Part shown: piece after piece, positions 45,701 through 53,900 of the stretch
Layout of the letters: each line of letters starts with the position of its first letter
Numbering within the stretch: position 1 is the first letter of the stretch
Origin: Ktedonobacteraceae bacterium
GTDB lineage: Bacteria; Chloroflexota; Ktedonobacteria; Ktedonobacterales; Ktedonobacteraceae
Reading direction: 5' to 3'
DNA: 64,000 bases
Assembly (NCBI GenBank): GCA_034438135.1
Contig: DAOTTL010000166.1
Coordinates: 13,264 to 77,263, forward strand
Position numbers and translations under genes: made by a program
Notes under the pieces: generated by a model
What the model saw: only the letters and a program-made list of their open reading frames with translations
What the model was told of the DNA's origin: nothing
Databases searched by the model: none

Positions 45701-48700
45701 TGCAGCCATGCCAGGTACTCGCGATAGGGCTGTTGGAGGGTGAGATGATAGCTTTCATTCCGACAGGTAGCGGTATAGCAGGCCAGAACCTCTTTAAAGA
45801 GTAAGGATAGAGACCATCCATCCAGCAATATATGGTGATAGCTCCAGATGAAGTGAGAGGTTTGCTCATCCAGTTGCAGCAAGTGAAAACGCATCAGCGG
45901 AGGGTGGTCCAGTTCAAATCCCTGCTGTCGATCGGTCCGCAGGTAGGCTATGAGCTGGTCCTGCTGTTGTGCCAGAGGGATATCTCGCCAGTCGTACTCG
46001 TGCCAGGGGAGATTGATTTGTTTATATGCCACCTGCAAAGGCACATCCAGGTTCGTCCAGTAAAATGCAGTGCGCAGTACCGGGTGCTGATCGACTACCT
46101 GTTGCCATGCCTTATGGAAGGCCATGCGGTTGAGATTGCCGTGTAAGCGAACACTCATCTGTTGCAGGTAGACGCCTGAAGCGGGCGCGTAGAGCGTGTG
46201 AAAAAGAATGCCCTGCTGCATTGGCGAGAGTTCATAGATATCTGCAAGATTTTCTATCTTCGCGGATGTTGTTCTCTGCTGAGGTGTGATCTGTGTCAGA
46301 AAGCGATCGAGTCGGGCCTGATCGAGTCGGGCCAGAGGAAAGTCTGACGGCGTATAGCCGCCCGCCTCAGGAGATTGGCAATGAGCGATAATATCTTTGA
46401 GCGCCTGGATAAATCTCTGAGCCAGCCGTTCGATGGTTGTGCTTTTGTAGATATTCTGACTGTAACTCCATACAATTTGCAACTGACCTCTAACTATAAG
46501 TCCATTGATATCCAGCAGATAGCTACGCTTCCCCCGCTGGCTAACGCTGGGACCGCTTGACTCACCAGAGAGCGCAAACAGTGTGTTTTCACTGATAACC
46601 TGATCAAACTGACCCAGATAGTTAAACCTGACCTCGGCTGGCGGCAAGGCACGTAATCTTTCCGCTATCTCTGCCTCGGCGTTTAGATAGCGCAGAATAC
46701 CATAGCCGATGCCGCGCTGAGGTATGTGACGTATCTGTTCCTTGACAGATTTGATGCTATCCCCAGGATTATGCATCCCCGCACTCTCTAAGAGCACTGG
46801 AAAAAGAGTCGTTAACCAGCCTACGGTGCGTGAAAGATCTACGTCTTCCAGGATCTCTTCGCGTCCATGTCCTTCCATATCGAGCAAGAGTTGTGGTGAG
46901 CCAGTCCAGTCCGTGAAAGCCAGGAGTAGGGCGGTTAGCAGGAGATCGTTGATGTGTGTCTGGTAAGCGTTGGGGGCAGAGTGCAGTAATGCCTCTGTCT
47001 CCTGATTGTTGAGCGAGACTGTCGTACTGAGCGCCGATGCGCGAGTATTGTCTCCTGCTGGATAGTCTCGTGGCAGGGGAGTGGCTCGGAGGCGTTCTTC
47101 GGCCAGCCAGTGGGTAAGTTCATGGCGCAGTGCCGGCGAGTACGCGTACGCACTCAAATGCGCCGCCCACTGTTGAAACGAAGTCGTTTTAGGCGGCAGG
47201 TGGACATCCTCGCCCTGTGCCAGTTGCTGATAGGCCGTTTGTAAATCTGTGAGTAGAATACGCCAGGAAACTCCATCGATGAGTAAATGATGGCTTACTA
47301 ACAGCAAGCGAGCATGTTGTTGCGCACCCATCTCGAACAGCGCAACGCGGAAAAGTGGACCATTTGCAAGCTGCAAGCTGTCCTGTAACTCGCTGGCGGT
47401 GGTTTCAAGGGCCGTCCGTTGTTCCGCTGGCGAACAGGCAGTCAAGTCAACACGCAGGAGATCGATAGATACCTCCGGGCCTGCGTTGAACTGCTGCCAG
47501 CTTTCCTGCTCCTGGCGGAAACGCAGGCGTAGAGCGTCGTGCTGTACCATGAGGTGTCGTAAGGCATGCTCTAACAGCGCGATATTGAGTCTGGCCTGTA
47601 TCTGTAAAAGCATAGCCTGATTGAAATGCTGAGGGTCAGCCCATGCTTGCTCAAAGAACCAGCTCTGGATGGGTGTGAGGAGGACGGGACCACTCACCAG
47701 TCCCTGCTCGGTCTGGATGGCAGGTAGCGCATTGACTACTATTGATAGCTCGGCAATGGTCTGATGCTGAAAGAGTTGTTTGGGCGTGAAATGCAGACCT
47801 GCCTGACGTGCATGGGTGATCACCAGGATGTTCAGAATAGAATCACCACCCAACTCAAAGAAGTTATCGTGGATGCCTACATGGTCGCAGCGCAGCACCT
47901 CGGCCCAGATGCTAGCCAGCAGTTCTTCAGTGGGAGTTCTCGGAGCCACGAACGTGCTGGCTTGATTTGCGGGAGACTTTTCAGGCAGAGGCAATGCCAG
48001 ACGATCTACTTTGCCATTGAGATGCAGTGGCAAGCTATCAAGCTGGATGAAGGTGGCGGGGACCATATACACAGGGAGGTGCTTGAGCAGATAGTGGCGC
48101 AGTTCATCGGCATGAAACGCCCGATCCTTGTGAAGAACCACATAACCGACCAGGCGTTTATCGCCGGGACTATACTCTCGCAATAGCACAACCGCATCTT
48201 GTACTGCGCTCTGTCTTCTTAAGACGGCCTCTATCTCTCCTGGTTCTATACGATATCCTCTCAGTTTGATTTGTCCATCCTGGCGGCCTACGTACTCGAT
48301 GATCCCATCCGCGAGATAACGCGCCGCATCGCCTGTCCGATAGAGGCGTGCCCCCGCCGTTTGACTCCAGGGGTGAGGCACAAAGCGTTCTGCGGTCAGA
48401 TCTGCCTTGCCCAGGTAGCCTCGTCCAATGGCAACTCCTCCAATATAGAGTTCTCCAACTGCTCCCAGGGGGACCGGTTGTAAGGCTGCATTGAGTATAT
48501 AAAGATCTGTGTTGGCTATGGGGCGACCTAGCGGGACAGAGCCTCTGGTGCTGTCTGGCTGACATTTCCAGGCGCTTACATCTATCGCTGCCTCTGTCGG
48601 TCCATAAAGGTTATAGAGCGAAGCCTTCAGCCTCTGATGGAAGCGCCGCTCTGTTTCCAGGGGTAAGACTTCGCCGCTGCACATGACACGTCGCAGGCTG

Positions 48701-50979
48701 ACACACCCCTCTATGCCTTGTTCCTGTAACCAGACCTGGAGCATAAAGGGGACAAAATGGATCGTGGTAATTGCCTGTTCCTGGACGAGTTGGCGTATAT
48801 AGTGGCTATCCTGATGTCCCTGAGGACGTGCCAGCACGAGTCTAGCGCCTGTTAGTAATGGCCATGTATATTCCCAGACCGAGACATCAAAGCTGATGGG
48901 TGTTTTGTGCAGCACACGGTCGGTCGAGGTAAGTTGATATTCCTGTTGCATCCATAGCAGACGATTGCAGATCCCACTATGGCTATTCATTGCGCCCTTA
49001 GGTTGGCCAGTGGAACCAGAGGTATAGATGACGTAGGCCAGGTTTTCGGGCTGCGTCAGGCTTGGCAGTGGATCGCCGCTGTATTCAGCTATGTGCGACC
49101 AGTGATCGTCGAGACAGAGGAGATGTCCCTGATACTCAGGGAGGATGGATAGGCAGTCATGTTGGGTGAGCAGGATCTGGATGCTGGCATCTTGAAGAAG
49201 AAAGCTCAGGCGCTCACCGGGATAGGAGGGATCGAGCGGCACAAACGCGCCGCCAGCCTTAAGGATGGCGAATATGCCGATGAGCAAGAGAGGCGAGCGC
49301 TCAAGGCAGAGGCCAACGAGGACCTCAGGACCAACGCCCTGGCTTCGTAAGAGGTGTGCGAGGCGTGTGGCTCGCTGGTTGAGTTCAGCGTAGCTGATTT
49401 GTTCGTCCTCGCACACAAGAGCAATGGCGTCGGGGCTACGCTGAACCTGCTCCTCAAAGAGTTGGTGGAGACTGAGGTGTTGTGGGAAGTGTTGCTGTGG
49501 TCCGCTGGCCAGGTGCAGCATGCGCAGGTGTTCCTCATGTGAAAGTAGGGGAAGCTCGTTGATGGGCAACCGGGGAGTGGCGACCATCGCGGCGAGCAGG
49601 GTTTGTAACTGTGAGGCCATGGCCGCAATGGTGGAGGGTGCGAAGAGATCACGATTGTATTCCAGTACACCCATTAGACCGGTTGGCGAGGGCTGCATAC
49701 TGAGACTAAGCTCAAAGCGAGCGGTCGTGCGAGCAATGGGCAGCGGCGTCAGATGGAGGCCAGGTAGAGTCAGAGGCTCGACAGGAGTATTTTGCAGGAT
49801 GAAGAAGGCCTGAAAGAGTGGTGAATGGCTCAGATCGCGCTGCGGATGCAGGGCCTCAACCAGCCGCTCAAAGGGGAAGTCCTGCCGGGCATAGGCATCC
49901 AGACAGCGCTGACGGATACGAGCGAGCAGTTCGTGTAACTGCGGGTTGCCCGTCAGGTCGGCTCGCAGAACGAGGGTATTGACGAAGCAGCCGATGAGGG
50001 TTTCGAGTTCGGCATGGGTGCGATTGGCAATGGGGGTGCCGATGAGCAGATCGTCCTGGCCGCTGTAGCGAGCGAGCAGCAGGGACCAGGCGGTGAGCAG
50101 GGTCATGAAGAGCGTCACGCCCTGTTGCTGACTGAAGGTGGTCAGGTGTTGAGAGAGGGAAGCAGGCAGGGTAAAGCGCAGACGATCACCCTGAGAGGTG
50201 AGCATGGGAGGCCGAGGGAAATCGGTAGGCAGGCTGAGCACCAGGGGAGCGTCCTGCAACTGCTCCAGCCAGAAGGTACGTTGGCGTTCGAGGGCAGGAC
50301 CATGTAGCCACTCACGTTGCCAGAGGGCATAGTCGGGATACTGAATGGGTAGGGGGAGTAGGGGAGAGACATCGTGAGAGCAACAGGAAGGATAGAGGAG
50401 CGAGAGTTCGTGTTGGAAGACGCCCAGTGACCAGCCATCAGAGACGATGTGATGCATGGAAAGAAGCAGTATATGCTCTTGAGCGTGCAAGCGCACTACA
50501 TAAGCGCGGAGTAGAGGACCCTGAGCCAGTGGGAAAGGTGTCTCACTTTCCTGGGAAGCGAGCTGCTCAAGCAGAGTCTCTTGCTGTGCCGCAGAAAGTC
50601 CAGAGAGGTCGATGAGGGGTAATGAGAGCGTAAGAGCTGGCAGAATGTGCTGGACGGGAATGCCGTCTCTGCTGGGGAAGATGGTGCGCAAACTCTCGTG
50701 CCGACGCAGAATGATGTTGAAGCATTCCTCCAGGGCCGCGATGTTAAGCGTTCCCTGCATGCGCAATGCCGCTGCTATACTGTATGAGGTATTGTCCGGT
50801 TCTATCTGATCGAGCAGCCACAGCCGTTGTTGCGCGAACGAGAGCGGCACATCTCCACCACCAGCCCTTACGGGGATCTCTGGCTCCTGCTCTTGCGGCG
50901 TACCAGCTAGCTCTTCCTCAAGCAAAAGCGCAAGAAGTTGCTCACTTTCCTCATATGTCAGATCTTCGCTATCCATCAT
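39787..50979 (-). CDS. NRPS, three modules: C-A-T-E-C-A-T-C-A-T
   Basis: The three modules read as follows:
- Module 1: C HHIVSDGWS, A3 LAYVIYTSGSTGQPKGAMNSH, T FFELGGDSILN, E (PIQSWFF, HHLLIDGVSW at 47263-47292)
- Module 2: C HHILLDGWS (DCL-like, starts IADIYELSPMQQGILFH), A3 LAYVIYTSGSTGLPKG, T FFELGGHSLLATQV
- Module 3: C HHIVSDGWS, A3 LFCVLFTSGSTGQPKG with SQSFVISLWQF (Val in place of Asp235), T FFDLGGHSLLMV

The protein ends in a basic tail, ...GKSRVKQRFNQRQQASREQRSRQV. Codes are DVWHMSLIDK (Ser-like, giving D-Ser via the E domain), DLFNNALTYK (Ala-like) and a non-canonical V-I-W... code. The start ATGATG overlaps the upstream stop by 11 nt. Confidence 0.93.
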   Translation of the reverse strand: MMDSEDLTYEESEQLLALLLEEELAGTPQEQEPEIPVRAGGGDVPLSFAQQRLWLLDQIEPDNTSYSIAAALRMQGTLNIAALEECFNIILRRHESLRTIFPSRDGIPVQHILPALTLSLPLIDLSGLSAAQQETLLEQLASQESETPFPLAQGPLLRAYVVRLHAQEHILLLSMHHIVSDGWSLGVFQHELSLLYPSCCSHDVSPLLPLPIQYPDYALWQREWLHGPALERQRTFWLEQLQDAPLVLSLPTDFPRPPMLTSQGDRLRFTLPASLSQHLTTFSQQQGVTLFMTLLTAWSLLLARYSGQDDLLIGTPIANRTHAELETLIGCFVNTLVLRADLTGNPQLHELLARIRQRCLDAYARQDFPFERLVEALHPQRDLSHSPLFQAFFILQNTPVEPLTLPGLHLTPLPIARTTARFELSLSMQPSPTGLMGVLEYNRDLFAPSTIAAMASQLQTLLAAMVATPRLPINELPLLSHEEHLRMLHLASGPQQHFPQHLSLHQLFEEQVQRSPDAIALVCEDEQISYAELNQRATRLAHLLRSQGVGPEVLVGLCLERSPLLLIGIFAILKAGGAFVPLDPSYPGERLSFLLQDASIQILLTQHDCLSILPEYQGHLLCLDDHWSHIAEYSGDPLPSLTQPENLAYVIYTSGSTGQPKGAMNSHSGICNRLLWMQQEYQLTSTDRVLHKTPISFDVSVWEYTWPLLTGARLVLARPQGHQDSHYIRQLVQEQAITTIHFVPFMLQVWLQEQGIEGCVSLRRVMCSGEVLPLETERRFHQRLKASLYNLYGPTEAAIDVSAWKCQPDSTRGSVPLGRPIANTDLYILNAALQPVPLGAVGELYIGGVAIGRGYLGKADLTAERFVPHPWSQTAGARLYRTGDAARYLADGIIEYVGRQDGQIKLRGYRIEPGEIEAVLRRQSAVQDAVVLLREYSPGDKRLVGYVVLHKDRAFHADELRHYLLKHLPVYMVPATFIQLDSLPLHLNGKVDRLALPLPEKSPANQASTFVAPRTPTEELLASIWAEVLRCDHVGIHDNFFELGGDSILNILVITHARQAGLHFTPKQLFQHQTIAELSIVVNALPAIQTEQGLVSGPVLLTPIQSWFFEQAWADPQHFNQAMLLQIQARLNIALLEHALRHLMVQHDALRLRFRQEQESWQQFNAGPEVSIDLLRVDLTACSPAEQRTALETTASELQDSLQLANGPLFRVALFEMGAQQHARLLLVSHHLLIDGVSWRILLTDLQTAYQQLAQGEDVHLPPKTTSFQQWAAHLSAYAYSPALRHELTHWLAEERLRATPLPRDYPAGDNTRASALSTTVSLNNQETEALLHSAPNAYQTHINDLLLTALLLAFTDWTGSPQLLLDMEGHGREEILEDVDLSRTVGWLTTLFPVLLESAGMHNPGDSIKSVKEQIRHIPQRGIGYGILRYLNAEAEIAERLRALPPAEVRFNYLGQFDQVISENTLFALSGESSGPSVSQRGKRSYLLDINGLIVRGQLQIVWSYSQNIYKSTTIERLAQRFIQALKDIIAHCQSPEAGGYTPSDFPLARLDQARLDRFLTQITPQQRTTSAKIENLADIYELSPMQQGILFHTLYAPASGVYLQQMSVRLHGNLNRMAFHKAWQQVVDQHPVLRTAFYWTNLDVPLQVAYKQINLPWHEYDWRDIPLAQQQDQLIAYLRTDRQQGFELDHPPLMRFHLLQLDEQTSHFIWSYHHILLDGWSLSLLFKEVLACYTATCRNESYHLTLQQPYREYLAWLHQQDLDQAERFWRQTLKGFQEPTPLTVDNSIEGSRSPEPEINTLQVRLSTTLSAHLRSLVRQKQVTLNTLIQGAWGLLLSRYSGREEVLFGVTVSGRPPGIAGVETMIGLFINTLPLRVQVPPTAMIGDWLKDLQTQQVEARQYEYSPLTQVQQWSEIHADMPLFESLVVFENYPVSLLASEQRNDLHIEQMHTFEQTNYALTLMVAPATEILLQIGYDTRRFEADSIQRLAGHLQTLLEGMVANPQQQLAYLPLLTKAEQESFGWNSSSQPSQEHCLHQLFEQQVTRTPDAIALIWQDEQLSYQELNQRANALAHSLQARGIGPDTRVALCMERSIELLVSLLAILKAGGAYVPLDPAYPQQRLAFLLSDAQVALLLTQERLLTRIASSYQGPVLCLEKVETPAHDWSKANPQSRVTDRNLAYVIYTSGSTGLPKGVAIEHRSPVALVNWASEVFALEYLDGVLASTSVCFDLSIFELFVPLCRGGKVILIENVLHLSSLPARSGVTLLNTVPALMTELLQTQGVPNSVRVINLAGEPFQQSLARQLYQRKTLAQLFNLYGPSEDTTYSTFALIQKDAAGPPPIGHPITQTQAYLLDSHLQLVPVGVSAELHLGGTGLARGYLHRPDLTAEKFIPDPFSNQPGSRLYKTGDLARYRSDGSIEFLGRMDSQIKLRGFRIELTEIEAVLREHNSVHEALVIVHEDKAAEKQLVAYVTAQSQADLDYSTLRHYLQKQLPHYMVPSTFVLVEAFPLNANGKIDRRALPHPNNAGLKQAFLPVAPRTPMEEALVAIWSAVLRRETVGIYEDFFELGGHSLLATQVILRLRELLQRTLPLRVIFEAPTIASLAQRLTSSTQEELGLTLPPLLPRTHQEPVPLAFAQQRLWFLEQLDIDPALYIMAAALRMQGTLNVSALEECFNIILSRHESLRTIFLLHQGEPVQQVLPALTLSLPLIDLSGLALTQQETLLQQLATQDSEAPFRLAQGPLLRATLLRLNAQEHVLLLSMHHIVSDGWSLGVFQRELTLLYPSCCSHGTSPLSPLPIQYPDYALWQRQWLHGSALDLQRSFWLEQLQGAPLVLSLPTDFPRTPVLTSQGGRLRFTLPASLSQHLTTFSQQQGVTLFMTLLTAWSLLLSRYSGQDDLLIGTPIANRTHADLEALIGCFVNTLVLRADLTGNPQLQELLARIRQRCLDAYAHQDFPFERLVEALHPRRDLSHSPLFQAFFILQNAPVEALTLPDLHLTPLPIARTTASFEISLSMQPSPNGLLGVLEYNRDLFDPSTIAAMASQLQTLLTAMVSTPHLPISELPMLSSQERLHLLQLAITPTPAKPADMRSISERIEEMTHSRPDAIAVVCEDEQLTYHELDQRSTHLAYLLRTQGVGPEVLVGLCLERSPLLLIGLLAILKAGGAFVPLDPSAPPARLQQILQQSDTHFLLSTPTLAPLCASLSAALPDLSLLWLPALLQQPLPAPALLPQLLPQNLFCVLFTSGSTGQPKGVMLSHAGVLNHLSAKIEALHLSPADTLAQTASQSFVISLWQFLAPLLSGARLLILPTPTVQDPSLLLASLALARVSVLELVPSLLRVLLDLPTMHQGLPLPDLRWLILTGEALPPELVQRLRQRAPSLHLLNAYGPTEASDDVAHALLSASDEATGRSTPIGRPIANIRLLILDRFGQLAPPGVPGSLHIAGLGLSRGYLADPAQTAEVFLPDPFSSLPGTRLYRTGDLARWRPDGQLEYLGRVDQQVKVRGVRLELGEIESLLRQHPAILNAAARLWEPPDAAPRLLAYLVWRQQPATASLSEIRLFLQERLPESMLPELFLTLPKLPLNANGKLDRQALPAPERIRPEEIAKYIAPRTKTERTIAHIWQEVLQLEKVGTHDNFFDLGGHSLLMVPIHQKLKEAFGTTIALLDLFKYPSIDALTTYISQGEDTSATGRQNDSLGEKLQAGKSRVKQRFNQRQQASREQRSRQV
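40200..41650 (-). other. A domain with Val at the Asp235 position (copy 1)
   Basis: The A4 region reads AQTASQSFVISLWQFLAPLL. The Val codon GTC lies at 41104-41106, where canonical A domains have FD. A3, A5 (NAYGPTEASDDV), A7, A8 and A10 are intact. Confidence 0.8.
46325..47700 (-). other. Epimerization (E) domain (approximate bounds)
   Basis: It is preceded by a GGDSI-type T domain. Motifs are PIQSWFFEQ (about 47650-47700), HHLLIDGVSW (47263-47292), EGHGRE, FNYLGQ, and an end at GGYTPSDFPLARLD (46321-46370). Confidence 0.88.
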
Positions 50980-53900
50980 TATGGTCTTTTTCCTTTGTCT
51001 TGTTTCGGAGAGCTTCGCGCCTCTCGTCAGCGGACATTGTACCTATCTTTTTGCGCAAGTTGGCGATGGTGGCAACTCGTCCCTTTACGGTCTCATGCCG
51101 AACAAGTGCCTCTGCCAGACCTGCTATTGTGGGTGTCTGAAAGAGTGTATTCACAGGTAACACCTCTTTAAAGGTCTCTCGTACACGTGAAATCACCTGA
51201 GTTGCCAGCAGAGAATGGCCGCCCAGTTCAAAGAAATCATCATAGATGCCAATGCGCGTAATGTGCAACACCTCTGACCAGATACCTAGCAGTAGCTCGT
51301 CAATGGGGTTGCGAGGCTCTACATAGGTTTCCTCTGCCTCTTGTCGGGTGTCATCGAGTGCTGGAGGTGCTGGCAACATCCTGCGATCCAGTTTCCCATT
51401 AGGAGTTAGGGGTAGTTTATCCATCATCACATAGGTCGCAGGCCTCATATAGTCAGGGAGTCTGGTCTGTAAATAGGTGCGCAACGTGCTGATGGGCGAG
51501 TTTTGCTGAGGATGGGATACAACGTAGGCGACCAGGCGCATATTGCCGGGCAGATCTTCGCGTAGGATCACCACTGCCTCGCGCACCATAGGATGAGTGG
51601 CCAGGACCGTTTCGATCTCTCCCGGCTCAATACGATGTCCTCGTAACTTCACCTGATGGTCAAGCCGTCCAAGGAAATCAATCGTCCCATCGGGCAGGTA
51701 GCGGGTCAGGTCCCCGGTTTTATAGAGACGGCCACCACTCACTCCGCTGAAAGGATCAGGGATAAACCGCTCCGCAGTGAGGTCGAAACGGTCGAGATAG
51801 CCTCGTGCGACTCCCTCTCCACCGATATAGAGTTCTCCTGCTACTCCAACAGGTACTGGCTGTAAACGCCTATCCAAGATATACATCTGCGTATTGGCGA
51901 GTGGGCTACCTAGCGTGATTGACTGCTTGTTGTCATCAAGCCGCTGGATGCTCGACCAGATGGTTGTTTCGGTTGGTCCGTAGAGATTCCAGATGGTTTT
52001 TTCTTTAGCGAGCAATTGCCGGGCCAGATCATCTGGCAATGCTTCGCCTCCACAGAGTATTTTCAGTGGTCTGTGATGTGGGAGGCCTGCCTGGATAAAG
52101 AGACGCCAGGTGGCCGGGGTCGCTTGCATTATCGTGGCGCCACTCTCTATCTGATGCTTGATCAATTGTGTGCCGTCGATTGCTGTTTTTCGGCTGACCA
52201 GTGTGAGCTGAGCGCCCACAGTCAACGGGAGGAAGAGTTCGAGTACAGCGATGTCGAAAGAGAGAGAGGTGACGGCCAGAAGTTTCTCATGCTCCGTCAA
52301 TTGGAGTTGTTGACTCATCGCGTGCAGGAAATTGATGACAGCGCGATGCGTGATTTGTACTCCCTTTGGTTGTCCGGTAGAGCCAGAGGTGTAGATGACA
52401 TAGGCCAGGTTTTCGGGCTGTGTCGGGGTTGGCAGTGGATCGCTACGGTATTCAGCGCTGCTTGACCAGTCGTCATCAAGGCAGAGGAGACGGCCCTGGT
52501 ACTCAGGGAAGATGGTCAGGCAGTCGTGTTGGGTGAGCAGAACCTGGACACCGGCATCTTTAAGCAGGAAGGCCAGGCGCTCACCGGGATAGGAGGGATC
52601 AAGAGGTACAAAAGCACCGCCAGCCTTGAGGATGGCCAGTAGTCCGATGAGCAAGAGGGGAGTTCGCTCAAGGCAGAGACCAACGAGTACCTCGGGACCA
52701 ACTCCCTGAGTCTGTAAGAGACGCGCGAGACGCGTGGCCTGCTGGTTTAACTCCTGGTAAGTGAATTGTTTATCCTCGCAGACAAATGCGATGGCGTCAG
52801 GCCTACGCTGAACCTGGGCCTCAAAGAGCTGAGGGAGGCTGAGGTGTTCTGGGAAGGGTTGCTGTGGTCCGCTGGCCAGGTGCAGCATGCGCAGGCGTTC
52901 CTCCTGTGAAAGCAAAGGCAGCTCGGAAATGGACAGGTGAGGAGAGGTAACCATAGCTGTCAGCAAGGTCTGCAACTGCGAGGCCATGGCCGCAATGGTG
53001 GAGGGTGAGAAGAGGTCACGGTTGTATTCCAGCAGGCCCAGCAGGCCAGTTGGAGCAGGTTGCATACTGAGGCTCAGCTCGAAGCGGGCGGTGGTACGAG
53101 CAATGGGCAGCGGGGTCAGGCGCAGATCAGGTAGCGCTAGTGGTTCAATGGGAGCATTTTGCAGGATAAAGAAGGCCTGAAAGAGTGGTGAATGGCTCAG
53201 ATCGCGCTGCGGATGCAGGGCCTCAACCAGCCGTTCAAAGGGAAAGTCCTGCTGAGCATAGGCATCCAGACAGCGCTGACGGATTCTCGTAAGCAGTTCG
53301 TGTAGGGATGGGTTGCCAGTCAGGTCAGTGCGCAGAACGAGGGTATTGACGAAGCAGCCAATGAGCGCTTCGAGGTCAGCGTGGGTGCGATTGGCAATGG
53401 GGGTACCAATGAGTAGATCATCCTGATCGCTGTAGCGAGCGAGTAGCAGGGACCAGGCGGTGAGCAGGGTCATGAAGAGCGTCACGCCCTGTTGCTGACT
53501 GAAGGTGGTCAATTGCTGAGAAAGGGAGGTCGGCAGCGTGAAGTACAGGCGGGCACCTTGAGAGGAGAGCACAGGAGGACGAGGGAAGTCAGTGGGCAGG
53601 CTGAGCACCAGGGGAGCGTCCTGCAATTGCTCCAACAAGAAGGCACGTTGCCGTTCGAGAGAGGGCCACGGGCGCTGCCAGAGGGCATAGTCGGAGTATT
53701 GAATGGGCAGGGGGGATAGGGGAGAGGCTTTGTGAGAGCAGCAGGCAGGATAGAAGAGCGAAAGTTCGCGTTGAAAGACACCCAGGGACCAGCCATCAGA
53801 GACGATGTGATGCATGGAAAGAAGCAAGATATGCTCCTGAGCGTGCAAGCGCACTACATAAGCGCGGAACAAAGGACCCTGAGCCAGACTGAAAGGCGTC

